A DNA stretch of 64,000 nucleotides. It comes from an uncultured Synechococcaceae cyanobacterium. GTDB taxonomy: Bacteria > Cyanobacteriota > Cyanobacteriia > PCC-6307 > Cyanobiaceae. The notes beneath the pieces were generated by a model. That model made no database searches and had not been told where the DNA came from. It worked only from the letters and a program-made list of their open reading frames with translations. Made by a program: the position numbers and the translations under genes. Below, piece after piece: positions 12,818 through 24,309 of the stretch. Within the stretch, counting starts at the first letter, position 1, and each line of letters begins with the position of its first letter. The DNA lies in NCBI GenBank assembly GCA_902537395.1, contig CACBBE010000002.1:3058-67057 (forward strand). Direction: 5' to 3'.

Positions 12818-13726
12818 TCAAAAAAGCCCTTTTTTTATCAAATCCAAATTATGCTCAAGCATTTTTATATAGGAACTAGCAGGCCCACTATCATCAGATA
12901 ATGAATCAACAAAAAGATTTCCTCCAAAATTAGCCCCAGTTTCGTTTGCAACAACCATTTGTGATTCGTTACTTACAGTACTTTCACAAAATACAGATGG
13001 AACATTTTTTTCTTTAACTAGTGAGATTGTTCTTGCCATTTTTTTAGGAGTAATTTGACTCTCAGCATTAACTGGCCACAAATAAACTTCATCTAATCCA
13101 TAATCTTTTGTTAAATATGAAAAAGCACCTTCACAACTTACTAGATACCTCCTGTCTTTATTTAAATTATTAATAAAAAGTGAGAATTCTTTATCTATTT
13201 TAGATAGTTTATCTTTATAAATTTTTCCATTTTCTTCAAATAATGTCTTTCTGGATGGCCTCAATTCTGATAAAGAATCCACGATAATATCTACGTATAG
13301 GATCCCTCTTTTTGGAGAAATCCAGGCATGAGGATTGGGTTTCCCTTTATAAAAATCTTCACTGATAAAAATAGGATCTAAATCTTCCGCGACAGTAATT
13401 CTTTTAACTTTTAAATTTGAAACAAATTTTTCAGCCCATAATTCAAATCCAAATCCATTATCAACAAAAACAAAAGCATTAGAAGCATTTACCAAATCGC
13501 TTGGAGTTGGCTGGTAGCCATGAACTTCAACTCCAGGTTTCGTTATTGATCTGACAATAAAATCATCTTTAGCGACATTGCTAATTATGTCCGCCAAAAC
13601 AGTGAAACTTGCCAGTATTACCTCTTTAGTTTCATTTTTATTTGATATTCTCTTACATGATCCTGAAGCAAGAGAAAGGAGAAGTATCAAACTTAAAAAA
13701 AGAATATTTTTTTTCATTATTAACAT
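12818..13726 (-). CDS. mntC: Mn/Zn/Fe ABC transporter substrate-binding lipoprotein
   Basis: Signal peptide with Cys; metal ligands in EVHGY, NPHAW, CEGAFSY, VDSLS. Confidence 0.88.
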   Translation of the reverse strand: MLIMKKNILFLSLILLLSLASGSCKRISNKNETKEVILASFTVLADIISNVAKDDFIVRSITKPGVEVHGYQPTPSDLVNASNAFVFVDNGFGFELWAEKFVSNLKVKRITVAEDLDPIFISEDFYKGKPNPHAWISPKRGILYVDIIVDSLSELRPSRKTLFEENGKIYKDKLSKIDKEFSLFINNLNKDRRYLVSCEGAFSYLTKDYGLDEVYLWPVNAESQITPKKMARTISLVKEKNVPSVFCESTVSNESQMVVANETGANFGGNLFVDSLSDDSGPASSYIKMLEHNLDLIKKGLF

Positions 13727-13737
13727 TCATCCTAAGA

Positions 13738-15072
13738 TTAAGAACTGAAAGATAGTTTCATAATTGGTTTTCTAAGATCAGAAATAAATCCTTTCCAATT
13801 TATTTTTTCTTTTTCAAAAGCTTTTTCAACAATTTTCTCAGAATTTTTCTTTATAAAATCTAAATCAGGTTCTTCTACTCCTTTTGTTATTGCCATAAAA
13901 TCAGCCAAAGAACTTGATACTACTCTTGTTAAATAAGCAGCACTGACAGCCTGAAATGTTCCAGAGACAAGCCAATTAGGGCCATGTATTTTTGTTATGC
14001 CAATTAGAGTCTGTCCACTCCATTCAATGACTCCCTGAGCTATTGCAGTCTTTATAATCTCTTTGGATACTTTATCTAAAATTTCAGGAGACCAATTACA
14101 TCCCCATATAGACTTAATTTCCTTAATCATTAGAGAATTTAGTACTGTCATTGCCATTACATCAATTGATGGGATAGGAGAAAAGAAAACAATTGTTGCT
14201 ACAAGAATTTGATTTTTTCTTTGTATAACTTTTAACTGCATTCTTCTTATCCCTTCAATTTCAGATTGCCAGGCAACATGAAGTTCTTTCATTAGCCTTT
14301 TTTTTGTATTTTCAATATTTATAGATGAACTTATGAAAAACTTCCTTAAGGAAAAAGGTATGTTTGTTATTTCATTCTTGTTCACATCAAAAGTAATAAT
14401 TTTGTTTGTAAAGTCACTTGAAATTTGAGACTTTAGGTCTTCTATCTGATTTTTGGCTTCTATTTGGTTGGAAGTTAAAGCCACCAACCAGATTGGCATA
14501 TTTTTAGGAAACTTTTCCAGCCACAAAAAATCATTTGCCGACAAAGGCAAGTTTATAAAATACAAGATTGCATCACTTTTCAAAGCTTCTTCTGGAATAA
14601 TTTCAGAAGAATTGTATTTAGGCAGTTTTTCGTATAAATCAAAGTCAAACTTATCTGATTTAAAATAACTTTTCAAAACAGATTGAAATTTTTGATAATC
14701 TTTTTGTCCAAGGCAACCTATTTTTTCTTTTTCACATCTATTAAGAATCGATTCAAGTATTTTTTGTCTTTTTGAATTCTGTTTTTCTAATTCATTTGTT
14801 GCTTCAAGTTCTTCAAAAAAATTTAAATCTTCATTACATAAATTTATCCAACCATCTAAATTATTAGGCTCATTAAATTTAGGCTTATCATTCTTCAAGT
14901 AAAAATATCCCCCCAAACACAACGCAAAAAATCCTATTGAGCCTCCTGCAAAATGAATTAAGTCACTGACAAACCATTCCCCAAAACCTAAAAATAATAA
15001 AATAATAAGAAGATTTTTTCTTGGAAACTTAATGAAATCCCTTAAAAGGTTGTCTTTACTAATATCAAACAC
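13738..15072 (-). CDS. YcjF/DUF697 family membrane protein
   Basis: Two N-terminal TM segments; C-terminal SPIPSIDV and QAVSAAYLTRVV typical of DUF697. Confidence 0.75.
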   Translation of the reverse strand: MFDISKDNLLRDFIKFPRKNLLIILLFLGFGEWFVSDLIHFAGGSIGFFALCLGGYFYLKNDKPKFNEPNNLDGWINLCNEDLNFFEELEATNELEKQNSKRQKILESILNRCEKEKIGCLGQKDYQKFQSVLKSYFKSDKFDFDLYEKLPKYNSSEIIPEEALKSDAILYFINLPLSANDFLWLEKFPKNMPIWLVALTSNQIEAKNQIEDLKSQISSDFTNKIITFDVNKNEITNIPFSLRKFFISSSINIENTKKRLMKELHVAWQSEIEGIRRMQLKVIQRKNQILVATIVFFSPIPSIDVMAMTVLNSLMIKEIKSIWGCNWSPEILDKVSKEIIKTAIAQGVIEWSGQTLIGITKIHGPNWLVSGTFQAVSAAYLTRVVSSSLADFMAITKGVEEPDLDFIKKNSEKIVEKAFEKEKINWKGFISDLRKPIMKLSFSS

Positions 15073-15236
15073 AATACTTTATTTTTCTAATCTTATTTTA
15101 AAGCAAGTTGTGAATGAGAAAAGCAAATTTCATAAGTCGTTAATCAAAAGATAAAAATTTAAGCCTTTTAAAAAGATTTATTGCATAACAAGATGCTAAG
15201 TTAATAGACTATTTAAATAACTTAAGAAACATCAAG

Positions 15237-15659
15237 ATGTCTAATTCAAATTTCATCAATAATCCTGGAAAAGAAAATTACAGAGGTCGTTCTAACAATG
15301 AAAGATCTAATTTCAGAGATAGATCGGGCGGCAGAAGAGATGGAGGAGGATTCCGCATAAGATTGAGTGACAACGAAATGAAAGCTGTTAAATCAATACA
15401 AGAGACCTTTCAATTAAGATCTACCGTTGCAGTTCTGGGGTTCTCTGTTAGAACACTTAGCGAAATGATCAAAGACGAAAAATTGATTGAATCAATCACA
15501 GAATATGCAAAAAATACTAAAAACTCTTCTCCGAGTAGACAATCAGAAAACTCTTATGAAGAAAAGCCAAAATCAACACCTGACCCTTTTGCAAGACCTG
15601 CAAAAAGTACATCACTTGAAGAGATCAAATCTAGCGAAGTAGAAGAGGATGGCAAATAA
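15237..15659 (+). CDS. Hypothetical protein with an R/G-rich N-terminus and a possible ribbon-helix-helix core
   Basis: 140-aa ORF overlapping the trpS start; core FRIRLSDNEMKAVKSIQETFQLRSTVAVLGFSVR. Confidence 0.75.
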   Translation: MSNSNFINNPGKENYRGRSNNERSNFRDRSGGRRDGGGFRIRLSDNEMKAVKSIQETFQLRSTVAVLGFSVRTLSEMIKDEKLIESITEYAKNTKNSSPSRQSENSYEEKPKSTPDPFARPAKSTSLEEIKSSEVEEDGK

Positions 15660-16665
15660 AAAAAGAATTCTTTCGGGAGTTCAACCAACTGGTGATTTAC
15701 ATATTGGGAATTGGCTTGGGGCCATAAATAATTGGGTTACGCTGCAAGAGCAATATGAAACATTTTTGTGTGTAGTTGATTTGCACGCAATAACAGCCTC
15801 ATACAATCCCAAAGAATTATCTAAAAACACTATCTCTACTGCCGCTTTGTACGTCGCTTGTGGGATAGATCCCAATATATGTTCGATTTTTGTCCAAAGT
15901 CAGATTTCAGCGCATTCAGAACTTTGTTGGATATTAAATTGCATGACCCCAATAAATTGGATGGAAAGAATGATTCAATTCAAAGAAAAATCCATACAAC
16001 AAGGTAATAATGTATCTATTGGATTATTTGACTATCCAATACTTATGGCTGCTGACATCCTTCTTTATGATGCTGACTTCGTACCAGTAGGTGAGGATCA
16101 AAAACAACACCTTGAACTTGCAAGAGATATTGCACAACAGAGAATTAATGCCAGATTTAGTAAAGATAAAAGTATTTTAAAGATCCCTCAACCAATCATC
16201 ATGAAGAATGGTTCAAAAATAATGAGCTTAATTGATGGTTCAAAAAAGATGAGCAAAAGTGATCCTAATGAGGGCAGTCGCATTAACTTATTAGATCCTC
16301 CTGAAATAATCACAAAAAAAATTAAAAGAGCAAAAAGTGACAGCTCTATTGGAATTGAATTTAACAATCCTGAGAGACCAGAATCTAAAAATCTTTTGAT
16401 GATTTATTCAATATTATCTGGCAAAGAAATTTCTCAATGTGAAAATGAATTCTTAGAGACTGGATGGGGGACATTTAAAAAATTAATTACTGAACAACTT
16501 ATTGAATCACTAGAACCTATTCAGAAAAAATATAAATTATTAATTAATGATCCTTATCAACTAAATAAAATCCTTGATGAAGGGAAGGAAAAAGCTGAAG
16601 ATTTAGCAAATCAGACTTTAAAAAGAGTTAAATCAAAATTGGGATTCTTTGAAATGGAGAAATAA
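15649..16665 (+). CDS. trpS: Tryptophan--tRNA ligase
   Basis: SGVQPTG..HIGN, YPILMAADIL, PVGEDQKQH, KMSKS. Confidence 0.98.
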   Translation: MANKKRILSGVQPTGDLHIGNWLGAINNWVTLQEQYETFLCVVDLHAITASYNPKELSKNTISTAALYVACGIDPNICSIFVQSQISAHSELCWILNCMTPINWMERMIQFKEKSIQQGNNVSIGLFDYPILMAADILLYDADFVPVGEDQKQHLELARDIAQQRINARFSKDKSILKIPQPIIMKNGSKIMSLIDGSKKMSKSDPNEGSRINLLDPPEIITKKIKRAKSDSSIGIEFNNPERPESKNLLMIYSILSGKEISQCENEFLETGWGTFKKLITEQLIESLEPIQKKYKLLINDPYQLNKILDEGKEKAEDLANQTLKRVKSKLGFFEMEK

Positions 16666-16668
16666 ATT

Positions 16669-18585
16669 ATGCCAATTATCACCTTGCCTGATGGTTCAAA
16701 AAAAGTTTTCGAAAAATCTGTAACTATTTTAGAAATTGCCCAGAGTATTGGCGCTGGATTAGCTAAAGCAACAATTGCTGGGAAAGTAAATAATGTTCTT
16801 CTTGATGCAACAATTCCTATACATAAAGATTCCAAAGTTGTAATCATCACATCAAAAGACAAAGAAGGAATTGAAATAATAAGACATTCCTTCGCTCACC
16901 TTATTGGTCATGCAGTTAAACAAATTTACTCTGATATTAAAATGGCGATTGGTCCTGTAATTGAAGATGGTTTTTATTACGATATTTTCTCTGAATACAG
17001 ATTTACTCCTGAAGATTTAATAAAAATCGAAAATAGAATTAATAAATTAATAAAAACAAACTATGACGTTGAAATTTCACAAGTTTCTAAAGAAGAGGCA
17101 ATTAAAACTTTTAAAGATAGAGATGAGACTTTCAAATTAAGAATAATTGAAGAAATTCCTGAAGAAAGTCTTATTAATTTATACAAGCACGAAGAATACA
17201 TCGACATGTGTAGAGGGCCTCACGTTCCTAACACTAGGCATTTGAGACACTTTAAATTACTCAAATTATCAGGTTCATATTGGAGAGGTAATAGTGAAAA
17301 TGAATCATTACAGAGAATATATGGAACTGCATGGGCAAAAGAAAAAGAACTCAATGACTACTTAACAAGAATTGAGGAAGCGGAAAAAAGAGATCATAGA
17401 AAACTTGGTAAAAAACATTCACTATTTCATATACAAGAAGAATCTCCAGGAATGATTTTTTGGCATCCAAATGGATGGACAATCTACCAAGTACTTGAAA
17501 AGTACATAAGAGAAATACTCAAAAAAAATGATTATTTAGAAATTAAAACCCCACAAGCTGTTGATAAATCTCTTTGGGAAAAATCTGGTCATTGGGAAAA
17601 ATTTAGAGACGATATGTTCACTACTGCATCAGAAAATCGAACATATGCAATTAAACCAATGAATTGTCCATGCCATATTCAAGTATTTAATCAAGGTTTA
17701 AAAAGTTATAAGGATTTACCTATTCGTCTTGCAGAATTTGGTTCTTGTCACAGAAATGAGCCCTCTGGAGCACTACATGGCTTAATGAGAGTAAGAAACT
17801 TTACTCAAGATGATGCGCACATATTTTGCACAGAAGAGCAAATACAAGAAGAAGTATCTATTTTTATAGATCTTGTTTTCGAGGTTTATAAAACTTTTGG
17901 TTTTGATGAAATCATTATCAAATTATCAACTCGTCCTGAAAAAAGGGTAGGTAGTGAAGAGATTTGGGATAAATCAGAAGAGGCTCTTACCAAAGCTTTA
18001 GATAACAAGAATCTAAAATGGGAACTCCAACCAGGGGAGGGAGCTTTTTACGGTCCAAAAATAGAATTCTCGTTAAAAGATTGTCTTAATAGAGTTTGGC
18101 AATGCGGAACTATTCAGGTTGATTTCTCAATGCCTATTAGATTAAATGCAACTTATGTAGATATTGACAACGAAAAAAGAAATCCAGTTATGCTTCATAG
18201 AGCAATTTTAGGATCTTTTGAAAGATTTATAGGAATATTAATTGAACAATATGAGGCAAAATTTCCAATTTGGCTTGCGCCTTATCAAATAATTTTATTG
18301 AGCATTACTGATAGAAATATTGAAAAGTGTTCAGAGTTTAATGAATTAATAAATAATAGTGGTTACCGATCAAAAGTGGATATTAGGAATGAAAAAATAG
18401 GATATAAAATACGAGAGGCAACTCTCGGCAGAGTTCCTTTAATTGCAGTTATTGGCGATAAAGAAGAGGAAATGGATTCAGTCGCCTTAAGAGCTTTGAA
18501 TGGAAAAAATTTAGGAATTTTCAATTTACCTAATCTTTTGAAATTAATGGATGAACAAATAGAAAAAAAAGGGAGAACAGAATAA
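16669..18585 (+). CDS. thrS: Threonine--tRNA ligase (TGS-containing, gammaproteobacterial-like)
   Basis: [52 protein letters not shown]. Confidence 0.98.
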   Translation: MPIITLPDGSKKVFEKSVTILEIAQSIGAGLAKATIAGKVNNVLLDATIPIHKDSKVVIITSKDKEGIEIIRHSFAHLIGHAVKQIYSDIKMAIGPVIEDGFYYDIFSEYRFTPEDLIKIENRINKLIKTNYDVEISQVSKEEAIKTFKDRDETFKLRIIEEIPEESLINLYKHEEYIDMCRGPHVPNTRHLRHFKLLKLSGSYWRGNSENESLQRIYGTAWAKEKELNDYLTRIEEAEKRDHRKLGKKHSLFHIQEESPGMIFWHPNGWTIYQVLEKYIREILKKNDYLEIKTPQAVDKSLWEKSGHWEKFRDDMFTTASENRTYAIKPMNCPCHIQVFNQGLKSYKDLPIRLAEFGSCHRNEPSGALHGLMRVRNFTQDDAHIFCTEEQIQEEVSIFIDLVFEVYKTFGFDEIIIKLSTRPEKRVGSEEIWDKSEEALTKALDNKNLKWELQPGEGAFYGPKIEFSLKDCLNRVWQCGTIQVDFSMPIRLNATYVDIDNEKRNPVMLHRAILGSFERFIGILIEQYEAKFPIWLAPYQIILLSITDRNIEKCSEFNELINNSGYRSKVDIRNEKIGYKIREATLGRVPLIAVIGDKEEEMDSVALRALNGKNLGIFNLPNLLKLMDEQIEKKGRTE

Positions 18586-18595
18586 TTTCTAATAT

Positions 18596-19630
18596 ATGAA
18601 TTTTCTAGCTTGTGATTTAGGAGGTACAAAGGTTCTATTAGGAATTTTCGAAAAAGAAATAAATAATAATTCACCCAAGTTAATAATTAAGAAGAAATAT
18701 TTATCTTCTGATTGGAGTTCTTTTGAATCAATCCTAGAAGATTTTCTGAAAAAAGAATGCAAAAATATCATTCATCCTTCTTCTGCATGTTTTGCCGTAG
18801 CTGGTCCTTTATCTAACAACAACGCAAAAATTATTAACTTGTCATGGAATATTTCTGGAAATGCTTTACAGAGGAAGTTTAATTTTAAAAGCTGCGAGCT
18901 AATAAATGATTTCGCTGTCCAAATTTATGGAATACCTTTTTTAAAAAAAAATCAATACTCTACTATCCAAAATGGATCCTATTATCAAGGTGTTAATAAT
19001 GATTTGCATGCCATTGTTGGAGCGGGGACTGGTTTGGGCATTGCAAGAGGAATAATATCAGGGGAAAAGGTAAAAGTTTTAGCTAGTGAAGGTGGTCATG
19101 TTGAGTACTCCCCAAAGTCAAAATTAGAATGGGAATTAAAAATTTGGCTTAAGAATTACCTAAAAGCTGAAAGGATATCCTGTGAAAGAATTATTAGCGG
19201 GACTGGTTTATCAAGAATTGCCGAATGGAGGCTAAGTAAACCTGATGCCCAAAACCATTCTCTACAACCATATTTAAAAAAAATTAAAATTTTTGATGAT
19301 GCGAGAAAAGAACTACCTGAAAAAATTTGTAATCTTTCTAAAGAAGGGGATCAAATAATGATTGAAGTTGAGAGGATTTGGTTAGGGGCTTATGCCTCTT
19401 TATTGGGAGATGTTGCTCTTCAAGAATTGTGCTTTGGCGGATTATGGATTTCCGGAGGAACAGCATCAAAACATTTCAAAAACTTTAAATCAGACTTATT
19501 TTTAAAACAATTTTTCGACAAGGGAAGATTAAAAGATATTCTTAAAACAATACCTATTAAAGTAATTCTAGATGAAGAGTTTGGACTTTTTAGTGCAGCC
19601 TGCAGAGCAAAAATGCTTTTAAAAACTTAA
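18596..19630 (+). CDS. glk: Glucokinase
   Basis: DLGGTK, AVAGP, INDF, GAGTGLG, SEGGH. Confidence 0.95.
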   Translation: MNFLACDLGGTKVLLGIFEKEINNNSPKLIIKKKYLSSDWSSFESILEDFLKKECKNIIHPSSACFAVAGPLSNNNAKIINLSWNISGNALQRKFNFKSCELINDFAVQIYGIPFLKKNQYSTIQNGSYYQGVNNDLHAIVGAGTGLGIARGIISGEKVKVLASEGGHVEYSPKSKLEWELKIWLKNYLKAERISCERIISGTGLSRIAEWRLSKPDAQNHSLQPYLKKIKIFDDARKELPEKICNLSKEGDQIMIEVERIWLGAYASLLGDVALQELCFGGLWISGGTASKHFKNFKSDLFLKQFFDKGRLKDILKTIPIKVILDEEFGLFSAACRAKMLLKT

Positions 19631-19639
19631 AAACAAAAA

Positions 19640-20587
19640 ATGTCTATTCCTGAAGTAGGTAAAAAAATACGGGTAACAGTGCCTTCCACAACTGCCAATT
19701 TAGGGCCTGGATTCGATTGCCTTGGAGCAGCATTAGATTTGTATAATGAGTTTATTTTTACAAGAATTGAAGGTGGTGGAGATAGATTTGATTTAATAAT
19801 GGAAAGTACAGATGGTAATCACTTAAGAGGAGGACCTGAAAACTTAGTTTTTAGAGCAGCTCAGAAAGTTTGGGAGAGCGCAAATATGGATCCTTTTGCA
19901 CTTGAAGCAAGAGTTAAGTTGGCAGTGCCACCTGCACGGGGGCTTGGAAGTAGCGCTACAGCGATAGTTGCTGGATTAATCGGAGCAAATGCAATAATGA
20001 ACTCTCCATTGTCCAAAGAAAAACTCCTTGAACTTGCCATTGATATAGAAGGTCATCCTGACAATGTAGTCCCCTCTCTTCTGGGTGGGCTTTGCTTGAC
20101 AGCTAGGTCTTCTTCTCAAAGATGGAGAATCATTAGATGTGATTGGCACGATTCAATTAAAGCTGTTGTAGCAATACCTGCAATTCGTTTAAGCACAAGT
20201 GAAGCAAGAAAGGTTATGCCCAAGAATGTACCCATATCTGATGCAGTTACAAATATGGGGGCACTTACTTTGTTACTAAACGGCTTAAAAGCAGGTAACG
20301 CGGAACTTATAAAAGAGGGAATGTTTGATAAGTTACATGAACCCTACAGATGGAAACTCATTAGGGGTGGATTAGAAGTTAAAGATGCCGCACTTAATGC
20401 AGGCGCTCTAGGATGTGCAATCAGTGGGGCTGGGCCAAGTATCTTAGCTTTGTGTAAAAAAGAAAATGGTAAAAACGTCAGTCAAGCCATGGTGAAAGCA
20501 TGGGAGAAGCATGGTGTAGCTAGCAGAGCACCGTTCTTAAACATTCAAATAACAGGAAGTCAATTTAGCACTATCTCTGGTAAGTAG
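19640..20587 (+). CDS. thrB: Homoserine kinase
   Basis: TTANLGPGFD, PPARGLGSSA, EGHPDN, ISGAGPS. Confidence 0.97.
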   Translation: MSIPEVGKKIRVTVPSTTANLGPGFDCLGAALDLYNEFIFTRIEGGGDRFDLIMESTDGNHLRGGPENLVFRAAQKVWESANMDPFALEARVKLAVPPARGLGSSATAIVAGLIGANAIMNSPLSKEKLLELAIDIEGHPDNVVPSLLGGLCLTARSSSQRWRIIRCDWHDSIKAVVAIPAIRLSTSEARKVMPKNVPISDAVTNMGALTLLLNGLKAGNAELIKEGMFDKLHEPYRWKLIRGGLEVKDAALNAGALGCAISGAGPSILALCKKENGKNVSQAMVKAWEKHGVASRAPFLNIQITGSQFSTISGK

Positions 20588-20666
20588 TTTTACTTAGGCA
20601 TTTTTAATGTTATAGTCTCAAGCTAGTACAACTTCAACTAGAATAAAAAAATTATTCATTACATAA

Positions 20667-22208
20667 ATGAATTTAGAATCCTTTCCTTGGCTATCATCTA
20701 TTGTTTTACTGCCTTTAATTGGGGCATTAATAATGCCTTTCTTGAGTTCAAAAGAAGGAGAAGATAATTCACTACCTAGGAATATCTCATTAAGTTTTTT
20801 ATTTATAGATTTTTTATTAATAATCGGCGTCCTTTTTCAAAAATTCAATACTTCAGATAGCTCTTTACAACTGATAGAAAGAGCTTCTTGGTTACCATCA
20901 ATAGGTTTAGAGTGGTCTCTTGGAGTAGATGGGTTATCTGCTCCTTTAATAGCTTTAAGTGGGTTAATTACATTTTTATCAGCTGCAGCTAGTTGGAAAA
21001 TTAAGAAAAAATCTAATCTATATTTTGCTCTTTTATTAGTCCAAGCATCAGCACAAGCACTAGTTTTCCTTTCTCAAGACTTCTTATTATTTTTCTTGGC
21101 CTGGGAACTTGAATTAGTTCCGGTATATCTTCTTATTGCGATTTGGGGAGGAAAAAAGAAATTATATGCAGCCACTAAATTTATTCTTTATACAGCTTTA
21201 GCTTCTTTATTAATATTAATAAGTGGATTAGCACTTGCCTTAAGTGGTGATACCTTTACTTTAAATATTACTGATTTAACCAATAAACATGTATCGGGCA
21301 GCTTAGCTTTATTATCCTATTTAGGATTTTTAATTGGGTTTGGAGTAAAACTTCCTATCTTTCCATTACATACATGGCTGCCTGATGCACATGGAGAGGC
21401 TAATGCTCCAGTTTCAATGTTACTAGCTGGAATACTCTTAAAAATGGGAGGATATGCTCTTTTAAGATTTAATGTTCAAATACTACCTGAAGTACATCTT
21501 CAAATTGCACCTGCGTTAATTATTCTTGGAATCATTAATATAATTTACGGAGCTCTAAATGCATTTGCGCAAGATAATGTCAAAAGAAGAATTGCATGTA
21601 GCTCTGTGAGTCATATGGGTTTTGTTCTGTTAGGGATTGGAGCAGTAGATGCTCTAGGGATTAGCGGAGCAATGCTACAAATGATCAGTCACGGACTTAT
21701 AGCTGCTGCTATGTTCTTTGTTACGGGCTCATTCTATGAAAGAACAAATACTCTTTCTATACCAAATATGGGCGGCTTAGCAAAGGTCTTACCAATAACT
21801 TTTGCTTTTTTCTTAGCAAGTTCATTGGCCTCTCTAGCACTACCTGGAATGAGCGGTTTTATAAGTGAAATAACTGTATTTTTAGGAATCACTAGTCAAG
21901 AAGGATTTAGCTCTATCTTTAGATCAATCACGATTATAATTGCAGCAATAGGATTAGTTCTAACACCAATATATTTATTATCAATGTGTAGAAGAGTATT
22001 CTTTGGCCCTAGAATTCCAGCACTAGCTACAGTTAAAGAGATGAATGGTAGAGAATTGACAATAGGTTTCAGTTTGTTGTTGCCTACATTGGTAATAGGT
22101 TTTTGGCCCAAAATCGCCATAAATTTATACGAATCTTCAACAAATGCTCTCAGTCAGCAGTTAACTTTAGCTAAATTAGTCGGAATAATTCCAACTTTAG
22201 TTAATTAA
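20667..22208 (+). CDS. ndhD: NAD(P)H-quinone oxidoreductase subunit 4 (NdhD family)
   Basis: [48 protein letters not shown]. Confidence 0.95.
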   Translation: MNLESFPWLSSIVLLPLIGALIMPFLSSKEGEDNSLPRNISLSFLFIDFLLIIGVLFQKFNTSDSSLQLIERASWLPSIGLEWSLGVDGLSAPLIALSGLITFLSAAASWKIKKKSNLYFALLLVQASAQALVFLSQDFLLFFLAWELELVPVYLLIAIWGGKKKLYAATKFILYTALASLLILISGLALALSGDTFTLNITDLTNKHVSGSLALLSYLGFLIGFGVKLPIFPLHTWLPDAHGEANAPVSMLLAGILLKMGGYALLRFNVQILPEVHLQIAPALIILGIINIIYGALNAFAQDNVKRRIACSSVSHMGFVLLGIGAVDALGISGAMLQMISHGLIAAAMFFVTGSFYERTNTLSIPNMGGLAKVLPITFAFFLASSLASLALPGMSGFISEITVFLGITSQEGFSSIFRSITIIIAAIGLVLTPIYLLSMCRRVFFGPRIPALATVKEMNGRELTIGFSLLLPTLVIGFWPKIAINLYESSTNALSQQLTLAKLVGIIPTLVN

Positions 22209-22221
22209 ATTATCTTAATAA

Positions 22222-24309
22222 ATGGATACCTCAATTTTTAAATATGGAGAGTTACCAGAATTTAAAAAATTTACTCCCGAAACTATAACCAAACAATTTC
22301 CAGTAGTACTTAAAAAGATAACTGAAGAATTTAAATGCATAGAAAAAAATTTATCTAATTATTTGATTCAAAATGATTTAAATTGGGATAAGGTAATAAA
22401 TCCTTTAAATGAAGTAAATGAAACTCTTAGATGGAGTTGGGGAGTAATAAGTCACCTAAATGCTGTAAATAATTCTGAAAGTTTAAGAGATATTTATTCA
22501 AAATTTCTTCCAGAGATTATTAGCTTGAGTAATAAATTCGGGCAAAGCAAAATAATTTACAATTCTTTAGTCAAGCTTAAAGAAACAAATAACTTTGATC
22601 AAATTAAAAACAGAATTTTAGATAAAGAAATTCTTGAGATGCAACATAGAGGAATCTCACTACAAAAAAACGATCAAGAAGAATTTAACAAAATTTCAGA
22701 AGAACTTGGAAAGCTATCAACCGAATTCAGTAACAATGTTCTTGATGCCACTAACGAATGGTTTTTAATATTAAATAAAAAATCCGAAGTCGATGGTCTT
22801 CCTGATCGAGTACTTGAATTGATGGCAATTTCTGCACAAAATCACCTAAAAAATGATGAAGAAGTTGATATTAAAAATGGTCCTTGGAAATTAAGTCTAG
22901 ATATTCCAACTTATACTTCGTTCATGACATATGCCACCGAGCGTAGTCTTAGAGAAAAACTATACAAAGCATTCGTTGGTAGGGCGTCTCAAGGAGATAA
23001 AAATAATTCTCAAATTATTGAAAATATATTATCTCTTAGAACTAAACAAGCTAATCTTCTCGGTTATAAAAGTTGGGCAGAACTAAGTTTGTCAACGAAA
23101 ATGGCGAAAGAAATTAAAAATGTAGAAACCCTTTTAGAAGAGTTGAGAGAACCAGCATTCGAAACCGCAAAATTTGAATTAGAAACGCTCGAAAAGTTTT
23201 CTAAAGCTAATGGGTTTCCAAAATCGCAGAATATTGAACCATGGGATATTAGTTATTGGTCTGAACTGCTTAGAAAGGAAAAGTTGAATTTGGATCAAGA
23301 GTCCTTAAGACCTTGGTTCCCACTAAATGATGTTTTGAAAGGTTTATTTAAATTAAGTGAGAAGCTTTTTGAAATTAAAGTAGTTGAGGCGACTGATGAG
23401 GCTCCTCTATGGAATGATGACGTCTTATTTTTTAATATCTTCAATAAAGAAGATAAGAAAATAGCATCTTTTTACCTGGATCCATATTCGAGGCCTGAAT
23501 CAAAGAGAGGAGGGGCTTGGATGGATGAATGTTTGAATAAAAATAATGTTGGCAAAAAGACCCTCCCAGTAGCTTATCTCGTTTGTAATCAGACTCCACC
23601 ATCAAAAGATAAACCTAGTTTGATGAGTTTTGAAGAAGTTCAGACACTGTTCCATGAATTTGGTCATGGACTTCAACATATGCTTACTACTGTAAATCTT
23701 CCTCAAGCAGCTGGCATCAACAATGTTGAGTGGGATGCAGTCGAACTTCCAAGTCAATTTATGGAAAACTGGTGTTTTCACAAAAATACACTTATGAATA
23801 TTGCTAAGCACTACAAAACAGGAGAAAAATTATCCGATGAGAATTTTGAGAAGCTCCTAAAGAATAGAACTTTTAATTGTGGTATGGCTACTCTTAGACA
23901 ACTACATTTTGCAATTACAGACCTCAGATTGCATAGTAGTATAGATAAAAACGATGGTAAAACAGCAGATGAAATAAGAAGAGAAATTGCCAAACAAACT
24001 ACTGTTATTGAACCAATTCAAGAAGATCACTTCCTTTGTTGTTTTAGTCATATATTTGCAGGCGGATATTCTGCAGGATATTACTCATATAAATGGGCTG
24101 AAGTTCTAAGTGCTGATGCATTTTCAATGTTTGAAGAAGCTGATCTAGAAAACTCTGAAGATTTAAGGTTAATAGGAAAGAAATTCAAAGATACAATACT
24201 TAGCTTAGGAGGAAGCTTACCGCCCTTAGACATATTTAAACTATTCAGGGGAAGAGAGCCACAAACTGATTCCTTAATAAGACACTTAGGTCTATCTGGA
24301 GCTACATAA
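22222..24309 (+). CDS. prlC: Oligopeptidase A (M3 metallopeptidase)
   Basis: KRGGAWM, FHEFGH, WDAVELPSQFME, HIFAGGYSAGYYSY. Confidence 0.95.
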   Translation: MDTSIFKYGELPEFKKFTPETITKQFPVVLKKITEEFKCIEKNLSNYLIQNDLNWDKVINPLNEVNETLRWSWGVISHLNAVNNSESLRDIYSKFLPEIISLSNKFGQSKIIYNSLVKLKETNNFDQIKNRILDKEILEMQHRGISLQKNDQEEFNKISEELGKLSTEFSNNVLDATNEWFLILNKKSEVDGLPDRVLELMAISAQNHLKNDEEVDIKNGPWKLSLDIPTYTSFMTYATERSLREKLYKAFVGRASQGDKNNSQIIENILSLRTKQANLLGYKSWAELSLSTKMAKEIKNVETLLEELREPAFETAKFELETLEKFSKANGFPKSQNIEPWDISYWSELLRKEKLNLDQESLRPWFPLNDVLKGLFKLSEKLFEIKVVEATDEAPLWNDDVLFFNIFNKEDKKIASFYLDPYSRPESKRGGAWMDECLNKNNVGKKTLPVAYLVCNQTPPSKDKPSLMSFEEVQTLFHEFGHGLQHMLTTVNLPQAAGINNVEWDAVELPSQFMENWCFHKNTLMNIAKHYKTGEKLSDENFEKLLKNRTFNCGMATLRQLHFAITDLRLHSSIDKNDGKTADEIRREIAKQTTVIEPIQEDHFLCCFSHIFAGGYSAGYYSYKWAEVLSADAFSMFEEADLENSEDLRLIGKKFKDTILSLGGSLPPLDIFKLFRGREPQTDSLIRHLGLSGAT

